Positions 50,881-62,964 of a stretch of 64,000 nt of DNA are shown piece by piece. Positions within the stretch are counted from its first letter, which is position 1. Each line of letters begins with the position of its first letter. The position numbers and the translations under genes were made by a program. The notes below the pieces were generated by a model. It was given only the letters and a program-made list of their open reading frames with translations, made no database searches and had not been told where the DNA came from. Origin of the DNA: Vicugna vicugna (Eukaryota); the NCBI GenBank assembly GCA_013265495.1, contig MU058584.1, positions 4,284,508 through 4,348,507 of the forward strand. The letters are read 5' to 3'.

Positions 50881-50934
50881 TGATGGCTTGCCACTTGAAT
50901 TCCTTCATTCAGATTCTTTTCTTAATTTATGCTG

Positions 50935-52554
50935 GTTTGGAGCCGGCCTCCCCTTTATTCAAGGGGTTCTGGGTCTGTAAACTGGCTCAAGTCTGGGAGT
51001 TGATTGAGGCGATGTGACTTTGTTTCTGTATTCACGTTAGACTTTCGTTCAATTGACCTTGAACTTCTCTGCTTCTCCAGATCAAGTAAGAGTTTAGCAG
51101 GCTGCACAGCTGTGTCATTTCCAGGAACGCTGCAGGGCTCTGAGTCAGGCTGTTCTGATTGCTGCTTTCGCTCTGCCATCTATGGTAGTAACCATACCTG
51201 CCTTGCCTTTGGCGGTTGAGTGCTGCCGCTTCCCGCTGCTACTCCAGGACCCACTTACGTCCCTGTATTTAGGAAGCACTGCCTCGGTGTTAGCGGTGCC
51301 CACTGTGAGTTCTGGCCTACAGAGAAGAGTGGTCCAGGGCTCTAATGCATTTCTCACAGTGATGCTGAAAGACATGACCTTCCCAGGGTGGATGACAGAT
51401 CCACGCTGACATTCCAATCTCCCGGAGCCTTCGAATCCCTTCCTCTCCATAAAACCAAGGCAGGCTGGCATTTCAGGCTCACTTACTGTGAGCCACTTTT
51501 TGTCCATGTTTTAGCCAAGGAATCCAAAACAAGCTGTTAGAGCTCCTTCTAACTCCCCGAGTTGCAGCAGTAAATGCAAAATCTCTGTCTAATGGGCTCA
51601 TCTCAGTCAGTTTGGCCCGATTCATTCAACTTTGTTCCTTCCACCAGTATCTCACACGCTTTATGTCCATTCCACACATATTCCCTGGGTTTCTGTTTGT
51701 ATAAATTAGAAAAATGAAGTAGTTCTTTTGTTGTGTAGTGCATGTCCTCAAGGGTCACACTTTATACCTGTAGGGGCCTTCTGTGACTTGAGTCTAGTGA
51801 TGAGTCTAGAAGCAAAGAGGAGTGGGGGGAATGGTCCTCAGGAGAATCAGCCTGTCTCTCAGGGCAGCTGCCTCAGTGAGGCATCAAGGTTTCCTTAGGC
51901 ACAACAGGGTTATCTCCTCAGACTGGGGTCTGCTTTTATTGGCAGAGAAGACTCACTGTTATTAGGAGTTCAGTGTCCCCCATCTTCATCAGAGTCTTCC
52001 CCCAGGGTCCCTGTTCATTTGAAGTCAATGCCCTTACTTTGTGAAGTCGGGGATTCATTTTGCTCTGTAATTCAGTCACTCTCAGGATGAGGTCCTGGGT
52101 TCAGTTTTCAACAGTCTCAGCTCTGTGGCTGTAGGAGGTAAGGGTCCCTTTCAGGGTAAACATAGAAATTTTCTGGTCATTTATGAACATTTGAGCTGGG
52201 CATTCGAATCCCTGAGCTCATCCTTTGCTTTCTTCACTTTGTCTAGTGACATTAGGAGCAATTGGCCAGTATCATTATACTCATTAGTTGGACAGAATGT
52301 TCAAAGGTATTACCTACATGGTCATCCAGACCTTGCCTTTTGTCAGTGTTTGGTTAGGAGAATCCAGTGGTGATGTTTTGCATGTCTCTATGGCCACATC
52401 ACGCCATGGATTATCAGAGCATTCTTTACTACTGGAGTCATTAGTGTCTTTAAACCAAATCAGATGAGAGACCAATTCCAGAAGCCCCAGAATCAATTCA
52501 GAAAACTCATCCTTAAGAGTCTGTTCTTCTAGAACCACTCTTGGTACCAAAATC
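50935..52554 (-). mobile_element. ERV-L internal remnant (leader + decayed gag)
   Basis: Minus strand starts GATTTTGGTACCAAGAGTGGTTCTAG; frameshifted gag peptides LLCRPELTVGTA and LLLDLEKQ...LNQLPDLSQFTDPEPLE-stop resemble recalled ERV-L gag. Confidence 0.8.
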
Positions 52555-52977
52555 TGTATAGAAACAGAACCAGCAGGATGGATGGGTGGATGGGTGGATG
52601 GATGGATGGGTGGATGGGTGGATGGATATTTTAAGGAAATGACACACACAGTGGTGGAAGCTTGGTAAATCTAAAATCTGTGGGGTAGGCTGGCAGGCTG
52701 GAAATTCAGGGAAGTAGTGTAGTTGGAGTCCAAATCCAATCTGCTGGTAGAATTCTTTCTCAGGGAGGTCAGTCTTTGTTTTTTTTAAGACCTGCAGCTG
52801 ATTGGATGAGGCTCACCTGCATTATGGAGGATAATCTGCTTTACTCAGTCTGCCAGCTTCAATGGTAATCTCCTCCAAAACAACACCTTCATAGAAACAT
52901 CCACGGTAATCTTTGACCAGAGATTATTGGTCCAGCTGATGGTCCAGCCAAATTGACACTTAAAATTAACCACCACA
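52555..52977 (-). mobile_element. MLT2-type 5' LTR of the ERV-L remnant, containing a (GGAT/GGGT)n repeat
   Basis: Minus strand starts TGTGGTGGTTAATTTTAAGTGTCAATTTGGCTGG; gattggatgaggctcacc...attatggaggataatctgctttactca typical of MLT2; directly abuts the internal leader. Confidence 0.8.
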
Positions 52978-53099
52978 CCAGTGGTGAGTTATAAAAGATA
53001 AGGCATAGGTGGAAATCTCAAATTGTTGATTTCCCCTGTTCATGAGTGGTTCTGTTCCTTGCCGTCTCTATTCTGGCACTTGCTAGTCACACCTCATGC

Positions 53100-54365
53100 C
53101 AGCGTTACCTGACTTCTGTCTCCTCTCACCTATTTGACGCTTTGCTAAAGGCCACCTGATTTGCCAAACCAACTGACCTATGAAAGGTCTTTTCATTCTG
53201 GCCTTCTTTCCTTCCTCGACATTGTTAACCACCCTTGTCTTCTTTTATCTTTGTGATCTTACTTTGATTCTCATCTCTCTTCCCTGTCTGCTCCAAGAAT
53301 CCCGTGTCCGGGGCTGTGCCCCAACATTGATTTTCCATAGATTCTGCTCTCAGCCCTCTGCTTGTCTCATCATGTTCTCATCTTTGGTGATCTCATCCAA
53401 TTTTGTCCTTTTTACTACAATTCATATCTGGCAGATACAGGCGTTTGATAAGGATTTATTAAATAAATGGTTACTTCCAAATAAATCTCCAGTGCTCTGC
53501 AGTGCAGACTTTAACCCACTCTCCACGTCCATTTGAATGTCCAGAGGCACCTCAAATTTTTATGTTCAAAACTTAACTCCATATATCTCTCCTTTCCAAA
53601 CTGTGTCTCCACGTCACTCCACTGGCCATTGTTCTCATTGTTTCTCCCTGTCCCGTTTGCCTTTCCCTCAAACACCCAAGACAAATGCCCTTCCTTTCCC
53701 TCACCCCACCTCCATGGGTTTAATGAGAGCCCTGCCAATGTCCACCTTCTATTTCTAAGTCTACGTCTGCTTTTTTATTGTGCTAGGACAAGTGCCGATC
53801 GCTGTAAGTCCAGATGACTGTGAGAGCCTTGGAAGCGGTCTCCCTAATGCTTGTCATGCTCCTCTCAGGTCTACCCTCCCAGCTGTTGCCAGAGGGGTCT
53901 CCTGGGCAGACTTACTTGTGCTGCCCTTCTGCTAAGACCCTCCGTCTCTCCCCGTTATCTTAAGGAGAAGCTCAGGTCCCTAGCTTGACTTGTATGTTCT
54001 GCCCTCCTCATCTGCCATCCCCTCCCTTGCACTTCATTAATTGTTTGCAACATTTCTGCATAATTCATCATTTTGTCTCCTTGGCTTTGTATATGGTATT
54101 TTTCACTCCCTCCTGATTACCCTTCTCCCCATTTATATACCTGGCTACCCCTATTTAAACTTTCTATCTCAATTACAAGTTCATCTGGCAGATAATCCGA
54201 GGCTAGGCCAGGTGCCCTGCCTCTAAGCTTCTTCTCTATCACTTTATCTTAAATTATCTGTTTATATCATTGTTTCTCTAAGTGCAGGACTGTGCCGTGT
54301 TCATCTTTAAGCCTCTGATACTTGGCACAATACCTGGAACATAGTAAGCATTTAGTAGATATGAG
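53100..54365 (+). mobile_element. L2 relic
   Basis: tccatttgaatgtccagaggcacctcaaa...ggcacaatacctggaacatagtaagcatttagta (L2 3' end). Confidence 0.6.
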
Positions 54366-55231
54366 GTGAAGTGTTGAGCTGAACCCCATGTAGAAACTAT
54401 AAACAATAGAACAGAGAATGAGTGAAAATAGAGAGGTAGGTCTTCCCAGAATTCAGGATCTTCAGATGCAGGGAGCAGTCAGATGTCAGCTTTGTAGTCC
54501 AGACATTGGATTTGACAGGGATGTGGCTCAGGGGGGAAACTGTCTAACCAGGCTCTCAAGGGCATTATATCCAGTAAGAACATCATGTCAGCTTATGGAG
54601 TTTCAGTGAGCATTATAAATACTGGGGGGCTAGAATCCTTAAGCGGATTGAGTTGTTAGTGCATTTTTCTCTCTGTCCAAAGACAAACTATCCTCACTAG
54701 ATTGCCCAGGGAATATGGCATTAGCTCAGTGGATGTTTATTGAATGGTTATGGTCGTCAAGCCATGGTAGCCTGAAACATCCCTCTCTCTGTGGTAGGCA
54801 TGTAACTAACAGACACGTTGGATTGGTTAAGTCACCCTCTTCACTGGAGAGTGCTGTCACATGCTGACAGTGCCACTTCAGACATGAGAAGACGGCCCAG
54901 AAACCTTGACTGGACTCCTTGATAGTTCCCTGCATCTTGAGAGTTTTCCTAGACAGAGAGCGTGTCATGTGAAGTGGATTCTCTCTACAGTTGAACAACA
55001 GCATCTGCTGAGTGTTGCTACCTCTTATTTCAAGCTTCACGGACCTTCCTTTTTTTTTTTTTTTCCCTTTAAATAAGCGGTTCTACACCCGATTTCAAGG
55101 TATTTAATATACTAATGTTGCATGGAAAGAACATCGGACTTAGGAGTCACAGTACACAAAAACGAACACACACACACACAGTGAACACTCGTGTCAGCTA
55201 ACAGCACAGTGGCACAAAATAAAATGAGCAA

Positions 55232-55390
55232 GGGAGGAGGGTATAGTTCAGAGGTGGAGTGCATGCTTAGCATGCACAAGGTCCTGAGTTCAATCCCCAG
55301 TACCTCCACTAAAATAGATAGATAGATTGATTGACTGATTGATTGATTAAGATATATAAATCTAACTGCCTCCCCCCAAACCAACAAAAA
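55232..55390 (+). mobile_element. Vic-1-like SINE with GATA/GATT microsatellite in tail
   Basis: Typical head; near-TSD AAAATGA(G/A)CA. Confidence 0.85.
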
Positions 55391-55879
55391 ATGAACATAC
55401 AACTGCTAACCGTATTTTTTGCTGATATCCATTGCTCTAGTTTATACTCTTTCTACTGTTTATAGCTGAAAATATATTATTTCTTCTGTATCTGTTTGTT
55501 CTTTCTGGGTCCTCCCACTGGAGGATAAGGCCTAGAAGGTGCCCAGCAGGGAACCCAGTAGGTGTCTGTTGAATATATATTGTTGGTGGTGAGCAGAGTG
55601 TTGCTATACTTTGTTTTAAGTTTGTTAGTTGAAAGTTATGAAATAAAAGGGCTCTTTGAATTTTAAAAACAACTTAAAGTTTCTGAAATTCTACGGTATA
55701 ATTTACCTGAAACAAATGTGGAAACTGAGCTCTGAAATTCTCAGGAGGCGCTGCCTTCCCGTACACATTGCCACGACACCCCAAGAAGCCCCGGGGAGCC
55801 CATTAGGCAGCTTTGTACCTGGGGAATGCAGCCAGAGAACTTGTTTGTACCTTCCTCCCTTTCATTCTTCGTATCCCTA

Positions 55880-57250
55880 TTGGCCAGCCACTTGCAGGAA
55901 GTCCCTGGGCGCATGCCATCTCTTGAGGAGGTGTTTTTTACACTCTGAACATCTCCTTCCCTGGCCATCTCACTTCTAGTTTTGTCTTCTCTGAGCCTCG
56001 TCATTGCTAGAAAATGCAACAACTCTTAAAAACTCATCCTATTTTTCCAGCCCCACTTCCTTCTTGCAGTCTTACTGCAACACTTTCTGGAACTCATTAA
56101 GACTTCTGGTTCTTTCCCACTCTCTTACTCACATTAGTCACTTCCTGGCTGCTCCTCTCTCGTCTCCAGCTCAGATTCCATGGTGCATTGTTATAATCAC
56201 TCCCTTTCAAATACTCCTGCCTCCCTTGCCCTTCTGTCCCCTCATTGTAACCAGCTGGCCAACCCCACCCCATCATCTCTTTTCATCTCCTCAGGGGTTT
56301 GTTGCTTTCTTTACCACCTCTCTTTGGATTGTCCTTATTACAATACAAACAAGCTCTAGAATTTCTAATCTTTAAAGACCCTCTCTTGGTCCCACAAGCC
56401 CCTTAGCTACATTTCCAGGCTCCAACTCTCAGCAGAATTTCTGAAGAGCTGTCTGTACTCCCGTCTTTGTACACACCCCCGCCCTTCACACCCTTGCTTC
56501 AGTCCGACCTCGTCACCACTGAACTTCTCCTGGCCTGGATCACACATGCCAGGCTGCCAGACTCTGTTGATCCTTCTCTGTGGTCACCTGCTGAGACTCC
56601 CCCCACCCCGTTCCTCTTTTGGCTTTCCTGACACCCCATTCTCTGGTTTTCTTCCTTGGTCACAAGCTGCTCCATGTCAGCTGCCTTCTGCAAGGCCTTC
56701 CCTCCCTCCATACCTGACTCCTCCAGACTTAGGCCTGACCCTCATCTTTCACGGCATTATTTTCTTAGGTGATGGCCTTTTCTTCTGTGATTTTAAATAC
56801 CACCTGTATGCTGGTCACTTCAGGAATTTATACACAGCCCAGACTCCTCTGAGCTTCAGACCAGCATATCCAGTTACCTACTTGGCTCCATTTGGAGGTC
56901 TCATAGACATCACAAATTTAACATTTTTGAGAATGTAGGTTGATTTCCTTTCCTTCTCCAAGTTAGATCTCTAGCTCTGTAAGCACCTTTCCTTATCCAG
57001 TTGCTCAAGCAAGAAACCCAGCAGTTATTCTTGGTTCATTCCTTTTCTTCGTCCCCAGATTCAGTTTGCAAGAAGTGCTGTCGATCATCCATTTCTCTTT
57101 CCATCTCGTCACCTCTGGTCCAGGTCACCACCACTCCGTCCCATAACTTCCTAACCAATTTCCCTGTTTCTGCCCACATCCCCCTCCATTCTAGTTTCTG
57201 CGTAAAAGCGAGAACTGTTTTAAATTGCATGTCACTTTCCTGTTTAAAGC
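55880..57250 (+). mobile_element. L2 relic
   Basis: Pyrimidine-rich L2 text (ttttaaataccacctgtatgctg, ctcctctgagcttcagaccagcatatccag, caagcaagaaaccc). Confidence 0.55.
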
Positions 57251-57352
57251 CTTTCAGTCTGATCAAATTATTCTTATTTTCCATAATGTCAGAAGGCTGG
57301 AATATAAGCATAAGAGTGTATTGCTTAGTTGTGACATTTATAGTAACTTTCA

Positions 57353-57640
57353 GAAATTCATTCTTTTTCATTTTTTCCCAAAATTTATTAGTTTTTTTTA
57401 CATTTTTTTATTGAGTTATAGTGATTTTACAATGTAGTGTCAAATTCCAGTGTAGAGCACAATTTTTCAGTTATACATGAACATACGTATATTCATTGTC
57501 ACATTTTTTTCCCGCTGTGAGCTACCACAAGATCTTGTATATGTTCTTTTTTTTTTTTTAATGGAGGTACTGGGACTGAACCACGACCTCGTGCATCCTA
57601 AGCGTGGGCCCTACCACTGAGCTGTACCCACCTCCCGTTA
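57353..57640 (-). mobile_element. Composite insertion: Vic-1-like SINE head (57546-57636) + L1 3'-end fragment (about 57391-57545)
   Basis: Both parts on the minus strand, bounded by one perfect 13-bp repeat ATAGTAACTTTCA (57340-52 and 57641-53). Confidence 0.75.
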
Positions 57641-57807
57641 ATAGTAACTTTCAAATGGAAAAGATACTTTCCAAATTTTAAAATAAGTATATATGGATTG
57701 CCTGAAGAGATTTCAGTAAGGAGTCCCTAGTCTCTTATCTCAGAATAGGAATAATAGTTTCATTTTGTAATTAGAGCCAAAAGTCTAGGAATGTCATTTC
57801 TTAGGTC

Positions 57808-57839
57808 GTGATGGTGGTGGTGGTGGTGGTGGTGATGGT
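57808..57839. repeat. (GGT)n microsatellite
   Basis: gtgatggtggtggtggtggtggtggtgatggt directly visible. Confidence 0.9.
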
Positions 57840-60267
57840 AACTTGAAACCCATGTGTACTGTGTCTGATATGATGGAGAGCTGTAAATGTGACAGAGGAA
57901 TATCTTTCATAACTCATTCAATTGACCGGGTTATTGATGAGGTTTATCATTCAAAGTCAGACGTTTTGTGGGAACATTTTGCAGAATCTTTCACGGCTGT
58001 TGGAGCCAGCTTCACAGGCAGGCAATCAGCATCGTCACTCAGGGCCTCGCACTCAAGAGGACCCTGTGACCAACTTGGGCTGCCATGCTCTGAGGTCACC
58101 GTCTTGATAGTCTTAATGTCTTGAAAGATCTTTGAATGTGTATTTTATAGATGAAGTCTGCTGAGACTGTGGGGTGTTGTGTGCACGAGCCTCAGCTCAC
58201 ATGTCAGCTTGCCTCCGTGCTGCCTCCTGGGGTTGGGATTTTGGCCCCCTCCCATCCTTGGCTTAGGCCCTGCGAAGTGTGTAGCTGCTGACTGTTCTGG
58301 GTGACTGTTAGCAAGTACTGTGGGAAATTCTGGACTAAAATCGTATTGCCTGTGCTCTATGGTCGGTAGTTGGCTGTGTGACCTATCATTTGTACTTCAC
58401 TCTGGAGCAATCCCAAAGTCACTCCCTAGGAGAGGGGCTGCTGTGGCTTCACGGGGCATTCCCGTGACTCACCTCCCACCGGGGGGGTGGGGGGCGCGAG
58501 ATGGCCACGGACCTAGGTGAGAGCTTTGGTTTGACACCTCAGCTTTTACAGTGAACTGTCAACCTGCTTTGTTCTTTGATCTGTCAAGAATGTGGACCTT
58601 CCTTTGATAATCAACACAGACCACACTGGCAAAGAGTGTAATGGGAAACGTTTTGCCAAACAACTTTTATCAGGAGCCCCGTCAAGGGAAGGGGTATTTG
58701 TAAAGGATTGTTCAAGCAATGTGCAGTCCATTGACTTCTGTAGCTGTTCCACGTCTTATCCTTGGTCTGGCTTTGTATTTGGACAGTCATGCTTTGGCTC
58801 CTTACACAAATGCTTTCTTTGAGTCCTATTGTGGTGTAATATCATCAGCTTTTTTTTTTTTTTTTGTACGGGGAGTGTCAGGAGAGCCTGCTTTACAAAA
58901 TACACAATTGCACTATTATAGGTTGTTCTTAAAGACATACTCCCTGCATTACTTAGGCTGTAAAGCGTAGGAGAGATTTCTAGACACGCCAGCCAAGAAA
59001 AGACCGTATCTCCTGCATGTCTCTGTTCTGTTACCTTACCCCCAGCATTGAGATTTTACTTGATATTTTCCTGATTCCGTGTTTTATTTAGGATTTATGT
59101 TTGTATGTATTTGTAGTAAGCCACATCAGCTGCTTCATATAACTAGGCAGAGTGTAAATAAATGAAAGTAACGATGCCTCTTGTTTCCAGCAGTCAAGCC
59201 ACAGTGGTCTGTTTTCTGTTGCTCTGCTCCTGGCTAACTTGGCCTCTGTCTCCGGACTCCGCATGAACAGTTGTTGAACATCCTTTACTTAGAGAGTACT
59301 CTAGAACACCTCCCATTTCAAGAAAAGTAGAGCTCACCGAGGTGGGCCGGGCAGCCTGTCTGTGCTTTAGTTCCAGCACTGTCGACACCATTCCGAAGCC
59401 AGCCCAGCCACTGGCATCCCTGGATGTTCCTGAGGAGCTTGACACTGTGAACGTGCTTGGCAGGAACAGAAGAGGACTGTGGGGGTGACTCAGGCTCTCC
59501 ACGTGCTCAGAGTCCATTTGGGGAGATGACCAATGCCATGAAGTAAATGGGACCGACATTCTTAGACTCCTTACTAACGCAGTTTTTCAGAAAGGAGAGG
59601 CTGCTGTCGATTTTGATAGATACTTTTTATAGCCCAAAAGCATCCCATTGCACAAATACACCTAAAATGTCCTTGCAGCTGCTTATTTATTTATCAGAAA
59701 TTCATGTGGAGCTTATCATAGGCCAGGCACTCTTCTAAGCCCTTTATAAATATTAACTCATTTTGTTTTGTAATAACCCTGTGTGGTAGGTACGATTGTT
59801 AGAATAAATAGTGGAAGGCGCTGAGGCATAGAGAGGTTTTTGCCCAAGGTTATACATCATTCCTCGCTGTTTCAGGTAGCCCTCTGGCTTCCGTAGTTGC
59901 AGACCACACAGCCACACTGGTGGTTTTCCAGGAAAAGTTGGAGCTATCTTGTAAACAACTTGCCTTTCTAGGGGGAGAACTTGTGACACGTAAAATGAAT
60001 AAGAGCCGTTAGAAAGTTTGTCTGACTGAGGCCCATGAGTTCTCTAAGAACCTGCAGATAGACAGATGCTTTTCCCGCTCCCGCCCTCTGGAATAAGTTT
60101 ACACGTAGGCCCGAATAAAAGTCCTTACCGTGGACCCTTTACAACAATGAATGAACATTTTTATCCACTTGTATCATTACATTTACTTTAAATTGGGAGT
60201 GAAATCATAGCAGTATTATCTGCTGCCATCAGTTGGAGAATTAGCATTGCTGTGATCGCTCCACAGA

Positions 60268-60648
60268 GGTGAGAGGACACCCCCCAGCCCCGCAACGCAC
60301 ACCAGATTTGGTTTGGATATAGGAGCTGACAGTGCCACCTGTGCACCAAGAGGGCATCGAAAGGTTTGTTGATCATATAGTGAGGCTCTCTGGGAAGAGC
60401 AGAGCAGGCTTCTCAAGCAGGTCCAAAAGTGGCTTAAAAGTACAAGGAAGGAGACTGGCTTTGCTTTTATTGTGATTAGGTGGTGGGGCTGGGTCAGGGT
60501 TCCCATCTGTGCTGCTGGCCGGGCTTGGTTTTAACTTCCCATCTGCTCCAAAGGAGGGGTCATCTGGGGCTTCTTAGCAGCTTCCCCTGGGGAGAGGGGG
60601 ACGGGGACAGCTTGAAAGCCGTCAGCAAACATCAGACTCTCTTCTTAC
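60268..60648 (-). mobile_element. Old ERVL-class LTR (MER74/MER88-like)
   Basis: ccagatttggtttggat...gcttttattgtgattagg...ttgaaagccgtcagcaaacatcagactctcttcttaca; family assignment tentative. Confidence 0.5.
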
Positions 60649-62616
60649 AAATATATTCTTAAGTGCCTATCATTGTTTATGTTATGGGGCAAAAATGTTG
60701 TCTCTGTACTAAGTAAATCCCATACCCCATTAATCTAATGTAGCAAATGGGAGATTTGGCAAACTCGAATGTCAAGAATGTTTTTGGAACCTTGAATGCA
60801 AGGGCATATCCTATGCATCTTTTTAAAAGGCTAAGAATATTTAACATCTCCAATATATTTAGGGGTAACACTGATGCTGAAATACTGGTATTGCCTGGGT
60901 CACTGCGGACAAAGAAGCTGTTTTAAGTTTTATTTTTATGGCATTAATGATTTCTAAGTTTTATCAGATTCCTTTTATATTTGATTAAACAGATGCTTAA
61001 TAAATAGGAATTCTTATTTTTAAATTTAATAAATGGGACTCTTACTGTGCATAGCTTAGGTTTTAGATTCCGAGCTAATTATTGGGAAGAATCAAATGTG
61101 AGTAAAATCCAAAATCTTAGATGCCAAAGGCCTGGAAGAGATGAAAACAATTATCAAGAGATGTGTTACAGGTAAACAGATAGTTGGAAGACAACATCTT
61201 TACCTTTCAGATTTGTTTTACTATGTTTCTTTAATTTTAACAATCATTTTTTGCACATTTTAATATCTCTCATGTTGCAATGTGCCTTACAGTCACTGAG
61301 CCACCATTTTTACTTCCTGGTGGCACATAAAATAATGTCTTGCCATCAGTGGTGTCTTAGAATTGATGAAATACGCTAATTTTTATAACTTGGTAAGTCT
61401 TTTTAAATAGAAATGCATTTAAACTTCAGAAAAAAATGCACACAATTAGACCCCAAGTTAGGGGAGACTTTTCAGACGTGATTATCTTGGAGTTGCCCTG
61501 AAGGAAGAGTAGGCGTTGTTTGAGTGAGTGAGTTGGTGGAGATGGCATTCCAGACAAAAAGAGTAGCATGTACAAAGCATATGGTTGTCAAAAAGTGCAC
61601 TGTGTTGGCAAAAGGGCTAGAAGTTTGATGTGGCAGAAATGTATGGTCTGGGGTGAGATGGAGAGAGTGATGAACTGGCCAGAATGGTAACCCGGAGCCA
61701 GCCGTTGAAGGGCTTTGTGTGCCGTGCTAGGGCGTCGAGGCTGGGCTGGCACAGCCCTGTGGCCTTGTAAAGCAGCTCTCCCCTCTGCATCGGCGAGGGG
61801 GTGTGTGCGTGGCGCGGGCATAGTAACAGAAGAGCGTAGGTAATTTGTATATCACATCAGATCTGCAGTACAGAACTCTCCAAAATGGAAGAAACTACAC
61901 TCTGTTTGCAGCTGGAGAGTGTGGAATTAAGTGGAAGGGAGACCTTCTTCACCAAGTGGGGCTCTTTCCTTCTGCCCCAGTTATGAGCAGAGCTGGGGTT
62001 CAGGGGCCTGTTTTGGAGGCCTGTTTCTGGACTAGCCCTGTGACAAAGTTGGTGAAAAATAGAGAGTGGCTTTCAGAGGGCAGTTTTAATCCACTTGCAT
62101 GGGCATTTAGGAGTGGAGCATGTAGGAAATAGTGTTTCTAGCTGTTTTTGGCTTTTTCCTAAAGGTCATTTATTCTTAAATTTATTCCTAAATCAAAGGT
62201 CACTTATTATCCTTAATGTCTTCTAAACTATAATGTCTGGTAGAGGGAGGTTTTATCAGAAATTAAAAAAAATAGGTTTCTTGCTTTTTTTTTTTTAACA
62301 AGTTTGGAAATTTGATCAATTATAGGAAAAATTTGTTTAGTTTGGGTTTCCAAATAAAAGAGATACAGACAATGTCTTCATCAAAGAGCCACTAAGATAT
62401 AAAGAGTTAGAAGACCAAAAGGGAAAAGTTAATGGAACCAGAATTAAACAGTATAAAAAAGAAAACCATACTGATTTTTCTGTTAATTCAGGCTAATTTT
62501 AGCATTTATTACCATCCACAGCCCCTAAGTGTGCTGTTTTGCATAGAACTTTGCTTTGTCAAACCAATGGAAGGAACTAGTCGATTAAAAGCACTTTTTA
62601 ATTTCCTTTCACTTCT

Positions 62617-62756
62617 TTCGTTTTTTCCTTTGGTGGGTGGTAGATAATTAGGTTTGCTTATTTATTTATTTTTAGTGATGGTACTGGGGATTGAACCCAA
62701 GACCTCGTGCATGCTAAGCCTGCGCTCTACTGTTTGAGCTATAGCCACCCCCCTCA
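62617..62756 (-). mobile_element. Vic-1-like SINE
   Basis: Reverse element; TSD TTTCACTTCT at 62607-16 and 62757-66. Confidence 0.85.
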
Positions 62757-62964
62757 TTTCACTTCTAATTAAAACTTTTGAATAGTACTATATAGATATG
62801 GTTCAAAAGTTAAAAAAGAGTACATGGTGAAGAATCTTCCTCTGTCTCCTGTCCCCTTGCTGAGGAGGCCAGTGTTAGTTTCCTGTGTATCTTTTCAGGG
62901 AGATTTTATGGAGATACGAGCAAATCTGTCAGCAATAGCATCCCATACACATTGTTCGACAGTT

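Noticed and set aside
1109..62756. Ten tRNA-Ala(AGC)-like sequences as tRNA genes
   Set aside because: All have broken stems, A-rich or shared non-tRNA tails and (mostly) TSDs; they are SINE copies.
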